DNA of 64,000 bases from a virus (taxonomy: Duplodnaviria > Caudoviricetes). Below, piece after piece: positions 18,060-27,101 of the stretch. Under the pieces are notes generated by a model. The model worked only from the letters and a program-made list of their open reading frames with translations, was not told the DNA's origin and did not search any database. The position numbers were made by a program, and so were the translations under genes. Positions within the stretch are counted from its first letter, which is position 1. Every line of letters begins with the position of its first letter. The stretch lies in IMG/VR virus record IMGVR_UViG_3300011427_000001, positions 1 through 64,000 of that record; one strand, written 5' to 3'.

Positions 18060-19567
18060 GATGGTTTCATGTTATGTTCTAGCATCTCGAGAAACTGCTC
18101 CACGTCTTCCGTGTTCACCTTGTCGTCCTTGCCCTTGGGGGTGAAGCCGAACTCAATCCCATCCCACTTAAATGGGTACTTGTGAAACCAGGTACCGGTG
18201 GGAGGACAGATCTCATCTTCAACTTCAAGCGGACAAATGATCCACTTGAACGCCTTGCGGAGGTCTTCGTTGACCACCTGGTGCACCAAATCGAGATACT
18301 GCTTCAGTTCCTTGATGTAAACGTCACCCAGCATGCTGTCATGAACTTGCATCACCACACGTGACTTCATCTTGTGTTTGCGCAGCAACTTATTCAGACG
18401 AGTGAGCGTCCACAGCAAGCAATGAAAGGCGCTGCCCTGCACCGGGTAGTTGATAACCTGATTGCGCCGGAACGCCCCTTCAATCCGGAAACCAGTCAAC
18501 GTATCAAACCCACCTTCCTCAAGGTAGTCCTCATACCACTTCTTCTTCCACGCACTGTAGACCTTGAATCGATTGTTCCAAAAGTCATCTTCAACCTCTT
18601 GGATGTGCTTCTCGAAAGTACCATCAAGTGGACCTCCCTTGGCTTTGGGGTCACACGCCCCCAGCTCAAAGATACCATTTGCGCGCAAATGCTCCCGCAA
18701 AGGACGGCCATCGGGACCCAACAGCTTCGCACGTTCCATCCACTCCCACAAGTCAGGGGCGCATTGCTTGTAATAGCTGCCGTAGAACTCAGGAAACACA
18801 AACCTGTTCTTGCCACCGTAGCGATGGTTCTTGCCATACTTCTTCACCCACTCGTTCTTCAAGAAGTAAATCTGAGCTGACATGTCCCCGTGCATATCCT
18901 TGGTCGGGTCAGTCAAGTAACTAATCATGACCGGGTCTCGATGGTAGCACGTTGCAATTGAAACCTCCGCACCCTTGAAGTCATTCTCAACCAGAACGTA
19001 GTTCTGATCGGTTGCAATGAAATTGGTGCGCAGCAACTCAGCCTGCATCGGGTCACGCACTGGCACATTCTGGAAGTCCGATGACGACCGATACGTCACC
19101 GTGGTATGCAAATCGTAATTCGGATGGAACCTCCCATTGACCAAGGTACGCTTGATGCGTTTTAGATATGTACCATGCGCCTTGTTCAGCTGAGATAGGA
19201 TTTGATAGCCACGCAAGAAGTGCAGATCGATCTTTTCCAATGCACCTATCTCGACCGAAGGCTGTCCCTCCCCCTCTTCATCGCCGGTCCACTGCGTCAC
19301 AGGGAACTTCATCTCACCGTACAGCACATCCCGCAACTGGTCATCGGAGTGCAAATTGGCCTTGGTGCCGAACCGCCGCTGCCAAATCTCCCACACCTCA
19401 TCCTGACGCAGCTTGTCCTCAATCCGACGCATGCGCTCCTTGGCCATCTCCGTGGTCGCATCCAACCGTCTCTCGTCAACCCTGATACCAGTTGCCTCGA
19501 TCTCAGCCAAGGCAATCATACCCTCGTGCAACAGCTGGTATCCTTTGTGTGTGTTAGGTCGTTCCAT
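18056..19567 (-). CDS. polA: Family A DNA polymerase, polymerase domain only
   Basis: TYRSSS..QNVP, motif A NDFKGAEV, motif B KNRFVFPEFYG, INYPVQGSA, motif C QVHDS. Confidence 0.92.
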   Translation of the reverse strand: MERPNTHKGYQLLHEGMIALAEIEATGIRVDERRLDATTEMAKERMRRIEDKLRQDEVWEIWQRRFGTKANLHSDDQLRDVLYGEMKFPVTQWTGDEEGEGQPSVEIGALEKIDLHFLRGYQILSQLNKAHGTYLKRIKRTLVNGRFHPNYDLHTTVTYRSSSDFQNVPVRDPMQAELLRTNFIATDQNYVLVENDFKGAEVSIATCYHRDPVMISYLTDPTKDMHGDMSAQIYFLKNEWVKKYGKNHRYGGKNRFVFPEFYGSYYKQCAPDLWEWMERAKLLGPDGRPLREHLRANGIFELGACDPKAKGGPLDGTFEKHIQEVEDDFWNNRFKVYSAWKKKWYEDYLEEGGFDTLTGFRIEGAFRRNQVINYPVQGSAFHCLLWTLTRLNKLLRKHKMKSRVVMQVHDSMLGDVYIKELKQYLDLVHQVVNEDLRKAFKWIICPLEVEDEICPPTGTWFHKYPFKWDGIEFGFTPKGKDDKVNTEDVEQFLEMLEHNMKPS

Positions 19568-20804
19568 GCAGGCTTGATTCGTTTACGTACCAAGTTGGCA
19601 ACGGGTCTATCCTTAGCTTCGCCATTTGCTTCTCAGCCAGCAAATATTCAAGCAGCGTGTCAGTACCACAGTAAAGCAACAGCTGACGAAGCTCCACTTC
19701 CTCTCGCACCCGGTTCAATACGCTACCGGCTTGGCTTTCGAGGAACTGCTTGATATGCTCATCGTACGCCTCAGCCCCCAGGTGAGCAAACGCCTGAAAC
19801 TTCAACCCGCAAATGCCTTTTCGATTGTCAATCACGTGTGCTGCCAGCATGGTATCCCACAACCAATTCTGCACCGGACGCCCTGACACCTTGCGCGTCC
19901 ACCGTTCTTCGTGTTTGAGGTTCGACGCAATGTGGTAGCAGCGTTCGGAATGCAGCAGGTCGAACGTGGCTTCAATCGCCGCTCCGTGCCAAGGGTACGC
20001 AATGGTCTTGCGTCCCCGCCAACAGGCCGAAGCACACACAATCTCACCACCCGGGGTCTCGGGCTTCAGACAGTTGTTTTCATAGTCGAACGCAATCGCC
20101 CCTCCTTTCTGTTCCATCTTGCGCAGCACTGCAGCCGCTTCGTCCGTGTCAAGCAGCACTTCAATCTGCGACTCGTAGTCTGGGACCTGTTCCCACGGTA
20201 CCTCGCGATAGCTGCAGGCCTTCTCGAGATGTCGCACGAAGTCCCGGTCCATGACCTTGCTGTGCATTCGCATTAGATAGGACGGATGGTACGTGGGGCT
20301 GATCCACACATTGGGTTTCTGGCATGGGATGTTCCAGCCAACCCAGCGAGTAATGGCACCCGGTGCCTCCTTCCAGACGTGGCCTATCAAACTCTGCACG
20401 GGAGTGCCACCCAACAGCACAATCGAAGCGGGCTGCAACCGCTCAATCGTCGTGATCAAATTGGGGCGACAGTAGTCCACGGCCCGCTTGTCCGAAATCT
20501 TGTTGTCGGGTGGACGACAAATGAGAGCGTTCGTAGTCCAGCAGTCTTTCCTCAGGTCAATCCCAATGTGATCAAGTGCGTCTTCGAGGTAGCGACCCGC
20601 CTTGTCTACAAACTGAATGCCTTCATCGTCTTCATTCGCTCCCGGCGCTTCGCCCACGATTAAGATCCGTTTGCGACCTTCGCCGCTTGGTCGCATCTTC
20701 GGTGTCTTGCACCCCTTGTAAAGACCGCACGCCCCACACTTGGGCAATAGGCTTGCCGGTGCTTTGGTGTCCAGCAGCTCACTCCCAGCAAAAAATCCTC
20801 TCAC
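19554..20804 (-). CDS. Family-4 UDG-like domain fused to 3'-5' exonuclease (N-terminal part of split PolA)
   Basis: CGAC, GEAPG, NALICRP, YHPSY; ExoI FDYE, ExoIII YCGTD. Confidence 0.88.
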   Translation of the reverse strand: MRGFFAGSELLDTKAPASLLPKCGACGLYKGCKTPKMRPSGEGRKRILIVGEAPGANEDDEGIQFVDKAGRYLEDALDHIGIDLRKDCWTTNALICRPPDNKISDKRAVDYCRPNLITTIERLQPASIVLLGGTPVQSLIGHVWKEAPGAITRWVGWNIPCQKPNVWISPTYHPSYLMRMHSKVMDRDFVRHLEKACSYREVPWEQVPDYESQIEVLLDTDEAAAVLRKMEQKGGAIAFDYENNCLKPETPGGEIVCASACWRGRKTIAYPWHGAAIEATFDLLHSERCYHIASNLKHEERWTRKVSGRPVQNWLWDTMLAAHVIDNRKGICGLKFQAFAHLGAEAYDEHIKQFLESQAGSVLNRVREEVELRQLLLYCGTDTLLEYLLAEKQMAKLRIDPLPTWYVNESSLHGTT

Positions 20805-20807
20805 AGA

Positions 20808-21872
20808 TCAATCCCCTTTGACCTTTTCCTTCAGCGTCTTGCTCGTCTTGCTTTCGTCCGGCGCGGTCAAGCACGTCATGTAAACCCACTTGCCCCCATC
20901 AACCCGCAAGCGTCCCTTGGCAATCTCCGCTTCATTGTGCTTCTCGGTCAGCTCAGTCAGCAGTTTGGGAGCAATGAGAAACTCCATCGGCGGACCACTG
21001 TATTTGAGGTCCTTGACCTCGCGGAAGCGTCCACAGGCCCCTTCGCCCGTAATGCGCAGCATTCCACCCCGGTCCGGTCGCAACTGCACCGTGACCACGT
21101 TGTCCTCACTGTTCTCCGCGCTGAATACTTCAGCCAAGTCGGTCGCTTCCTTCAACCCCTTGGGCAGCGTAATCGGTTCGCCTTTGAAATCCAACAGGGA
21201 ATCGATGTTATGGTATTCCACCATATACCGACGGCAGGACAACACCAGGCCGTCCGCGTTGCGGAAATGAATCCACGTTTCGGTCTCGCAAAAGTCGGTC
21301 ATCCCCAATGACGCAACGTGCTTGAGACTGTCCCGCCGCACCAGCATGGACGCCTTAACCCCGGTCTTCATTTTGACCCGCGTGGCTTGGAAATTGTCGC
21401 ACGCCTCGATGAAGTCAGGATGCAGATGGATGCAGGTCAGCTTGAATTGGCTGGCATCCTTCGAAGCACAGTGCTGCACCAAACCCACCCCTTCCAAGAA
21501 GTCTCCGTGCAACTCCACCCACTTGGTGGGCTTTTCCACTTTGTCGATGTGCAGCAGGATGTCGTTCTCGTGCCGGATCTCAGCACGTCGCCGCTTCCCA
21601 ATCAACACGAAGTATCCGTCAGCCACCTCAACCTCGAGCTCGGTCTCGGGCATCTTGCGCAGCACGGACAGCAGTGGAGCCGCTTGCACTGCCCCCTCAA
21701 CCTTCAGCTCACATTCGTGGGTGCAAGCAATCTCATCGTTGAAAGTCATCACGGTCTGGTTCTGAAAGACAAAGCAGGAACTCTGCTCAATGATCTCTCG
21801 AGTGGACAGACCCGGTTGAACCGCTTCAAGTTGAAGCAGAAGTTTTTCCCTGTTTACGATTTGAATAGCCAT
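20808..21872 (-). CDS. Sliding clamp (Pol III beta-like)
   Basis: 354 aa, repeated beta-clamp-like domains; adjacent to polymerase and clamp loader. Confidence 0.75.
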   Translation of the reverse strand: MAIQIVNREKLLLQLEAVQPGLSTREIIEQSSCFVFQNQTVMTFNDEIACTHECELKVEGAVQAAPLLSVLRKMPETELEVEVADGYFVLIGKRRRAEIRHENDILLHIDKVEKPTKWVELHGDFLEGVGLVQHCASKDASQFKLTCIHLHPDFIEACDNFQATRVKMKTGVKASMLVRRDSLKHVASLGMTDFCETETWIHFRNADGLVLSCRRYMVEYHNIDSLLDFKGEPITLPKGLKEATDLAEVFSAENSEDNVVTVQLRPDRGGMLRITGEGACGRFREVKDLKYSGPPMEFLIAPKLLTELTEKHNEAEIAKGRLRVDGGKWVYMTCLTAPDESKTSKTLKEKVKGD

Positions 21873-21877
21873 TGTTT

Positions 21878-22354
21878 TTAGATGTGCTTCCAGGTCTGCC
21901 GTAAGACAACTGAAGATATTGTTGACGAACTCACATTGTATTGTCGTGCGAGCCGATACTGTGTCCCGCGAATACCCTTAGAAACCTGCGCTCGAATATG
22001 CAAAACAGCTTCTGACGTTAATGTGTGATTCCCCGAATCATCTCCTACGGGATGACGTGCTCGGTTCTTCTTTATGGCATCCCTCACGTTATCTCTAGGA
22101 GAACCCACGAACAAATGTCGCGGATTCACGCACGACGGATTGTCACATCGGTGTAAAGACCATTCGGATCTCAAAAGAGGCCTTCCTAATTTCAACTCAA
22201 GTGAAAAACGATGTGCCAAGATATGATTACCCAAACCACGCCTAGGCGCTAGGCGCCCATAGCCTTTCATGTCCTTAGAACCTAGCCACAACCAACACTC
22301 ATCCAATCGGCCCTTTCGCACCTTATTCCAGAAACGCACCAGTACCGGTTTCAT
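21878..22354 (-). CDS. HNH homing endonuclease (HNH_3-type) with C-terminal HTH
   Basis: RFWNKV, CWLWLG, LHRCDNPSCVNPRHL; lower GC than flanks. Confidence 0.9.
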   Translation of the reverse strand: MKPVLVRFWNKVRKGRLDECWLWLGSKDMKGYGRLAPRRGLGNHILAHRFSLELKLGRPLLRSEWSLHRCDNPSCVNPRHLFVGSPRDNVRDAIKKNRARHPVGDDSGNHTLTSEAVLHIRAQVSKGIRGTQYRLARQYNVSSSTISSVVLRQTWKHI

Positions 22355-22572
22355 TTTTCTTTTGGGCGTGGACGGTAGTTGAGAATTGGACCGGGTTGCG
22401 CCTTACCCCTATTTATCAGCGACTGCTGATGCACCGCAAAACGACGCATGGTATCCCGCACTCGGCGCTGATAGATATCGTGGAAGGTAAGCATGATTGA
22501 CAGCTCGTGCTGGTGCATCAACGCCTCCGGCACCACGTCTCTGCTTGAGTTGCCGCTGTAGTAGATTACCAT
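22351..22572 (-). CDS. Small protein resembling an N-terminal beta-alpha-beta piece of a TGT/DpdA barrel
   Basis: MVIYYSG...IMLTF; starts 1 nt after the DpdA-like stop. Confidence 0.5.
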   Translation of the reverse strand: MVIYYSGNSSRDVVPEALMHQHELSIMLTFHDIYQRRVRDTMRRFAVHQQSLINRGKAQPGPILNYRPRPKEK

Positions 22573-22573
22573 G

Positions 22574-23497
22574 TTATTCGTTGAACCCGAATCCTTCGCC
22601 CCGGGTCTGGCGCATGAACGGCCAAGGCCATTGGGGCAAGCTGTCCGACATGGCCATGAAGTATCTCAAATTTGCTTCCGCTCTAGGCTTATGGTGTGTG
22701 AGCACTCCGCGTTCCACCTCGACACCGCTACCATCGTACCTACCAAGCGCGATCCCATGCAGGGACAGCCACGCAAGCATAATTTCCCGTTCCTTTGACG
22801 ATACGGTGGTGATATGCTTGCCCTGCTCCTTCATGTTTGGGGACTTCCCGCTCATCGTAATTGAGTAGGGCTTCTCGTCGAAAACGAACTTCCCGCCGCG
22901 CTGATGGGGGACGTAGACCGTACCAAAAGCCGCAGCCTTAATCCAGCTGGCGCTGTCCACACTCCACCACGGGTACCTCCGCATGAGGTCCCAGCTCGTC
23001 ATCGCAAACCCATGCGTCTTGACGACGGGGAACTTGTCGTTGCTGGCTGGACAGATGAGATGGAACACGCGGTCGGCCCAGCCGTAGTATTCGTCCTTCG
23101 TTACCTCCTGTCCCAGTCCACCAATTCCGAGAAAGTCATAACCCCGCTCAAGGTAGTGGGTAATCCATTTGAGGGGAGTGCCAAAGTGGATAACGGGGAC
23201 CGGACGCAGACCGTGTTCCCTTTCGAGATACTGCTGAACTTTCCACGTGACCTCTGGGTTAAAGATAGCGTCGACGTTGGCGTAAAAGTCCATCGCCCAA
23301 CCGAAGCGTTTGATAAAACCAGCGTAGCTGTCACAGTAGGCATAGAATTCATCAGTCTCGTAGAACTTGTAACCGTTTCGCCCCTTGAGATCTATCACCT
23401 CTCGCGTGTAGATACTGTGCGCTCCGCTATCGAGAAAGAAACTACCCACTGCGGTGGGGATGTTCTCCAGAGGATGCGGTTCTTTGAGCTTGGTCAT
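22574..23497 (-). CDS. dpdA: DpdA/TGT-like deazaguanine transglycosylase
   Basis: FLDSGA, NVD, PVIHFG, IGGLG, HGF, SVDSASW with both catalytic Asp positions; inside the que operon. Confidence 0.8.
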   Translation of the reverse strand: MTKLKEPHPLENIPTAVGSFFLDSGAHSIYTREVIDLKGRNGYKFYETDEFYAYCDSYAGFIKRFGWAMDFYANVDAIFNPEVTWKVQQYLEREHGLRPVPVIHFGTPLKWITHYLERGYDFLGIGGLGQEVTKDEYYGWADRVFHLICPASNDKFPVVKTHGFAMTSWDLMRRYPWWSVDSASWIKAAAFGTVYVPHQRGGKFVFDEKPYSITMSGKSPNMKEQGKHITTVSSKEREIMLAWLSLHGIALGRYDGSGVEVERGVLTHHKPRAEANLRYFMAMSDSLPQWPWPFMRQTRGEGFGFNE

Positions 23498-24639
23498 ATC
23501 TGCGCGTGCCAGATGTTTACTTCATTGTCTGGGTTGCGCAGCCCGCACACAATTTCAGCTTCAAGAACACGACCGGCATCACATTGCATTGCAATTGACC
23601 TGAAACCAAGGCACCGACACTGCACCTTTTCACTGAGAAGACGCAACACTGACCTCATGTCAAAAGCCTGATACATGTTCTGCGCCGGCAGTATTTCCGG
23701 AAAGCTCCGGAAGTGGGGATACACCAGGTTACACCCCGCAATGCACGCCTCCAACAGCGTCCACGAAACGTAGTCTTGCAAGGAGCAGTTGAATTGAATG
23801 GCCGCAGTGGCAAGCTCATTGTAATACTGCTCCTTCGTGAGACCCGAAAGCAGTTTGAACCGCGGCTCGTCTTGTGCGAACTCGACAATCTCCTTCAGCG
23901 TCTCGGGTTCGTTCGAGCGGAAGTCAGCTGCACTGGTCGTCACACACCAAGTCCAGTCCTTGTACCTCAGCAAGAACAAACGAGCCACTTCAAGCATGAA
24001 CCTTGGGTTCTTCTCTCGATCCAGCCTCGAGGTAAAAACTACCTTCCGTTCACGCTGCGACAGCATGGCCGGCATCTGTGCTTCCACCGCACTGACTGAA
24101 ATGGGTAAGCCCACCACATGGATAGGACATTCAAAGCCGGCAACGCGCAACTGGTCACGATGAATAGTGCTACCAACAAAGACCGCAGTGTGCACTCGGG
24201 ACAAGCCCACTTCCATGGGACGCATCCAATGGCGCATGCCCCACGTGAAGTCGTATTCATCCACGCTCTGCGCATGCAGCATCGAGTAGATCTTCACTCC
24301 GGTCAGCCCGTACAAGTGCAGCGCATACGGCACAGCCTCAAACCCCGGTGTCCAGAAGTCCTGCAGAAAAATGGCATCGTCGTTGCTGACCGACCCGCTC
24401 CGGATCTCACGCATGAAATTCTCAACCTGTCGACAAGCATACATCCCACGACCAGTGGCATCCAGCACCGCCCCCACCGTAATCTGCGCCTCCACCTGAC
24501 AGCCTTCAATCTTAACAAACAGCGTCGAAGGAGAGACCGCTGCCACTGCTTTGGGAAACCAGTCTTCGCAGAGCTGCTTCGTATATCGTGCAGCCAGCGG
24601 TTCAAGTCCAAAATAGAACAGTCTTCGAATGGGCTTCAT
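23494..24639 (-). CDS. GT-B (GT4-like) glycosyltransferase
   Basis: VVFTSRLDREK, TLLEA..AGC...YP...SFPE; start MKPIRR by TAATG overlap. Confidence 0.85.
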   Translation of the reverse strand: MKPIRRLFYFGLEPLAARYTKQLCEDWFPKAVAAVSPSTLFVKIEGCQVEAQITVGAVLDATGRGMYACRQVENFMREIRSGSVSNDDAIFLQDFWTPGFEAVPYALHLYGLTGVKIYSMLHAQSVDEYDFTWGMRHWMRPMEVGLSRVHTAVFVGSTIHRDQLRVAGFECPIHVVGLPISVSAVEAQMPAMLSQRERKVVFTSRLDREKNPRFMLEVARLFLLRYKDWTWCVTTSAADFRSNEPETLKEIVEFAQDEPRFKLLSGLTKEQYYNELATAAIQFNCSLQDYVSWTLLEACIAGCNLVYPHFRSFPEILPAQNMYQAFDMRSVLRLLSEKVQCRCLGFRSIAMQCDAGRVLEAEIVCGLRNPDNEVNIWHAQI

Positions 24640-25403
24640 TAATAGAATAGTCCGCGACGCTTCGGACACGCGGATTCGTGCACAAAGATCCGGTCGCGCA
24701 TGCGGGACAGAACCACAGTTGGATCTTCCAGTGGGGCTAGGTCTGTCGTGTATGCCAGGTACCCACGGGCGCGCAGCAACGTCCAAATGTCTGCAGGAGT
24801 GTCACTGTACCTCTTGAGGAACTCTGGTACCTGCTCAAGCACAATGACCGGACGACTGTCCGCGAGAATGCGCTGAGCCCCTTTCAGCACTTTGAGTTCG
24901 TACCCCTCAACGTCTATCTTGAGTACGTCAACCAGGGTGTTAAGACGAACACAGTCGTCAAGGCGCTCAAGCGGGACCAAGGTACCCATCGTCCCTTTGC
25001 CCACATGTCCACCCAGATGGGCTGTAGGCGTTGACACAATCCGAATTTCGCTCTGCTCGGCCCCCAACGCACAATTCTCGGACTTCACGTTCGATACTTT
25101 GTTGTCAGCCAAGTTCCGCACCAGAAGCGCATAGATGTTCGGGTCGGCCTCGAATGATTGCACCTGTCTGGCCCACCCCGAGAAAGTCAGAGCGGTCTGT
25201 CCTACGTTGGCACCTACGTCCAACACCAAACCCGCACCCGGCTTCAAACGCTTGAGCGAGGCCAACGTCACCGCCCCATAGACCTTGGCGTAGGTGAGCA
25301 GTTTGGCCCGCTCATCCTGTTTTGGCATCCAGTACGTAAATCCCGAGCGCGCTTTGATCTGCTCAACCGGGAAGGGAACCTTGGGTGGGGTCTGCTCAGA
25401 CAT
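24639..25403 (-). CDS. FkbM-family methyltransferase
   Basis: LDVGANVG, FEAD, ALG, RLDD, LKIDVEGYELKVLKGA. Confidence 0.92.
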   Translation of the reverse strand: MSEQTPPKVPFPVEQIKARSGFTYWMPKQDERAKLLTYAKVYGAVTLASLKRLKPGAGLVLDVGANVGQTALTFSGWARQVQSFEADPNIYALLVRNLADNKVSNVKSENCALGAEQSEIRIVSTPTAHLGGHVGKGTMGTLVPLERLDDCVRLNTLVDVLKIDVEGYELKVLKGAQRILADSRPVIVLEQVPEFLKRYSDTPADIWTLLRARGYLAYTTDLAPLEDPTVVLSRMRDRIFVHESACPKRRGLFY

Positions 25404-26235
25404 CCTGATCCTGGTCGAAGTCGGGGTGGTGCAACCACGTTTCCCATTTCGTGTTGAACGCACGATTGTACCAACTGATCGTTTCGTCTTGAACCTGCTT
25501 GAACATGAGATGGTCGACAAGTGACTTGACTTGAACCTTGGCGTAGTCCTCCGGACGCAAGCCCATCAGAATTACATGCCCCAAAACCGGGCTCAAGTGA
25601 TTCACCGCCAGCTTCTCCAGCAAAGCCAACGCCGGGGACACTCCCAAGAACTCAATATCGACTTTCAGGTTGTGTTGTTGCGCCTGCACCAACGCCTCGA
25701 GAATAAGCGGGTTGTCCACCGTGCGCAACCGTCTGTTCCCCGCCCCCAAGTAAACCCGGTGCAGGCCCGCGGCTTTCTTTCCAATGGTCTCTGCCATTGC
25801 CGCATGCCCGATCCCATCAGGAACAAACAGCACGCGCTCACCTCGAGAGGGGCCTTCGAGCTCTTGACCGATAAACATGCGCGACTTCTGCATCGTGGGC
25901 ATGACACTGCGCACTACCACGGCACCGTTCTCGCCGTCTTCGCTCACTTCACAATAGATGCCTCGAAAACGGCACAAGACCAGCGACGCAATGTGCTCGC
26001 ACGAGAGTTCAAACTGTTTCGTCGCTAACACCGGGTGTCCACTTTCGAGGTAGTCATCCAACAGTCGTTTCAGTTGGAAAAACTCAATATCCCGGTTATC
26101 GTGCTTGACCGGCATGCCCAGCTTGACATGGAAGACATGTCTGTGCCAATTGCGCAGGAAGACAACGTCTTCGGGTGCATCCACCCAACGGTGCTGCGCT
26201 TCAAACCGCGTTTGAATATAGATTTGAGTACTCAT
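25396..26235 (-). CDS. QueD-like T-fold protein (DpdL-type LxxxHRHxF) fused to an unknown C-terminal domain
   Basis: LRNWHRHVF, DIEF, SCE, VSEDGENGA in residues 1-110; about 170 extra residues. Confidence 0.7.
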   Translation of the reverse strand: MSTQIYIQTRFEAQHRWVDAPEDVVFLRNWHRHVFHVKLGMPVKHDNRDIEFFQLKRLLDDYLESGHPVLATKQFELSCEHIASLVLCRFRGIYCEVSEDGENGAVVVRSVMPTMQKSRMFIGQELEGPSRGERVLFVPDGIGHAAMAETIGKKAAGLHRVYLGAGNRRLRTVDNPLILEALVQAQQHNLKVDIEFLGVSPALALLEKLAVNHLSPVLGHVILMGLRPEDYAKVQVKSLVDHLMFKQVQDETISWYNRAFNTKWETWLHHPDFDQDQDV

Positions 26236-27101
26236 TCAGAAAGTTCAGCGTAGGCATCGTGGTAGTGTATGCTCTCCGCATTATCCACGCGAACCGTAAA
26301 GTGCTTCACAGTTGGCATCTGCCGCAGTTGACAAGCCATGTCCCGCACCACGTCTTCCACGAACTTGGGATTATCGTATGCCCCCATCGTCACCGCTCGC
26401 TCATCGGGACGCTTGAGCACCGGGTAGATCGGATGGGAGAAAGCACGCCAGGCCGCATGCACTAGCATCTCAAACCAGACTACCTTGTCCGGCTCGTGCT
26501 GCACTAAGACCGAAATCTTGCTGCGCTGGGCATGTGCTCCTTTGCCCATCCCGGTTGCAGCGTTGAAGTCACTTATCTCCCGCGAACAGGGGCAGCACGT
26601 CTTCCCTTGAACCTCGACGCCAGTGTGCGTGACAAAGGCAAAACGATCTTCCGGCGTCCGCACACACTCAATCTGCAGGATACCTTTCAGCGGAGCTGTC
26701 CCCGCACACTTGGTAACCGGGGCCTCCTGCGACATGAAGTAATCGACCGTGACCTGCAGGAACACCCGACGGGTCTCCAGCTTCTCCGCCAACTGCAAAG
26801 CCACAGTCTGCAGATCAAGGCTACTGAAGGTGCCATCGGCCAGAATGTGTTGGTTGAGCACTTGAGTGAAACGACTCATGTGGGTGCCCTTCACTTCCGC
26901 ACTGAGCGAACAGGCGAGCTCGAACTCACCCACCGTGTCAAGCACTGTCAACGCCGGTGTTTTGCCATCCACAGACGACGGGGCACGCAACACTCGGATG
27001 GGCAAACGGATGCCCGTCACCCCGACGCGTTTGATGAAGACATCGCGTGTGTCGAGTGTCCGTTGAATGTCCGGCAGTACGCTGACTGGTGTGTTGCTCA
27101 T
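26232..27101 (-). CDS. folE2: GTP cyclohydrolase IB (FolE2)
   Basis: KGTHMSRF, TCCPCS, AHAQRS, LKRPDE, NPKFVEDVVR, ESIH. Confidence 0.95.
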   Translation of the reverse strand: MSNTPVSVLPDIQRTLDTRDVFIKRVGVTGIRLPIRVLRAPSSVDGKTPALTVLDTVGEFELACSLSAEVKGTHMSRFTQVLNQHILADGTFSSLDLQTVALQLAEKLETRRVFLQVTVDYFMSQEAPVTKCAGTAPLKGILQIECVRTPEDRFAFVTHTGVEVQGKTCCPCSREISDFNAATGMGKGAHAQRSKISVLVQHEPDKVVWFEMLVHAAWRAFSHPIYPVLKRPDERAVTMGAYDNPKFVEDVVRDMACQLRQMPTVKHFTVRVDNAESIHYHDAYAELSE

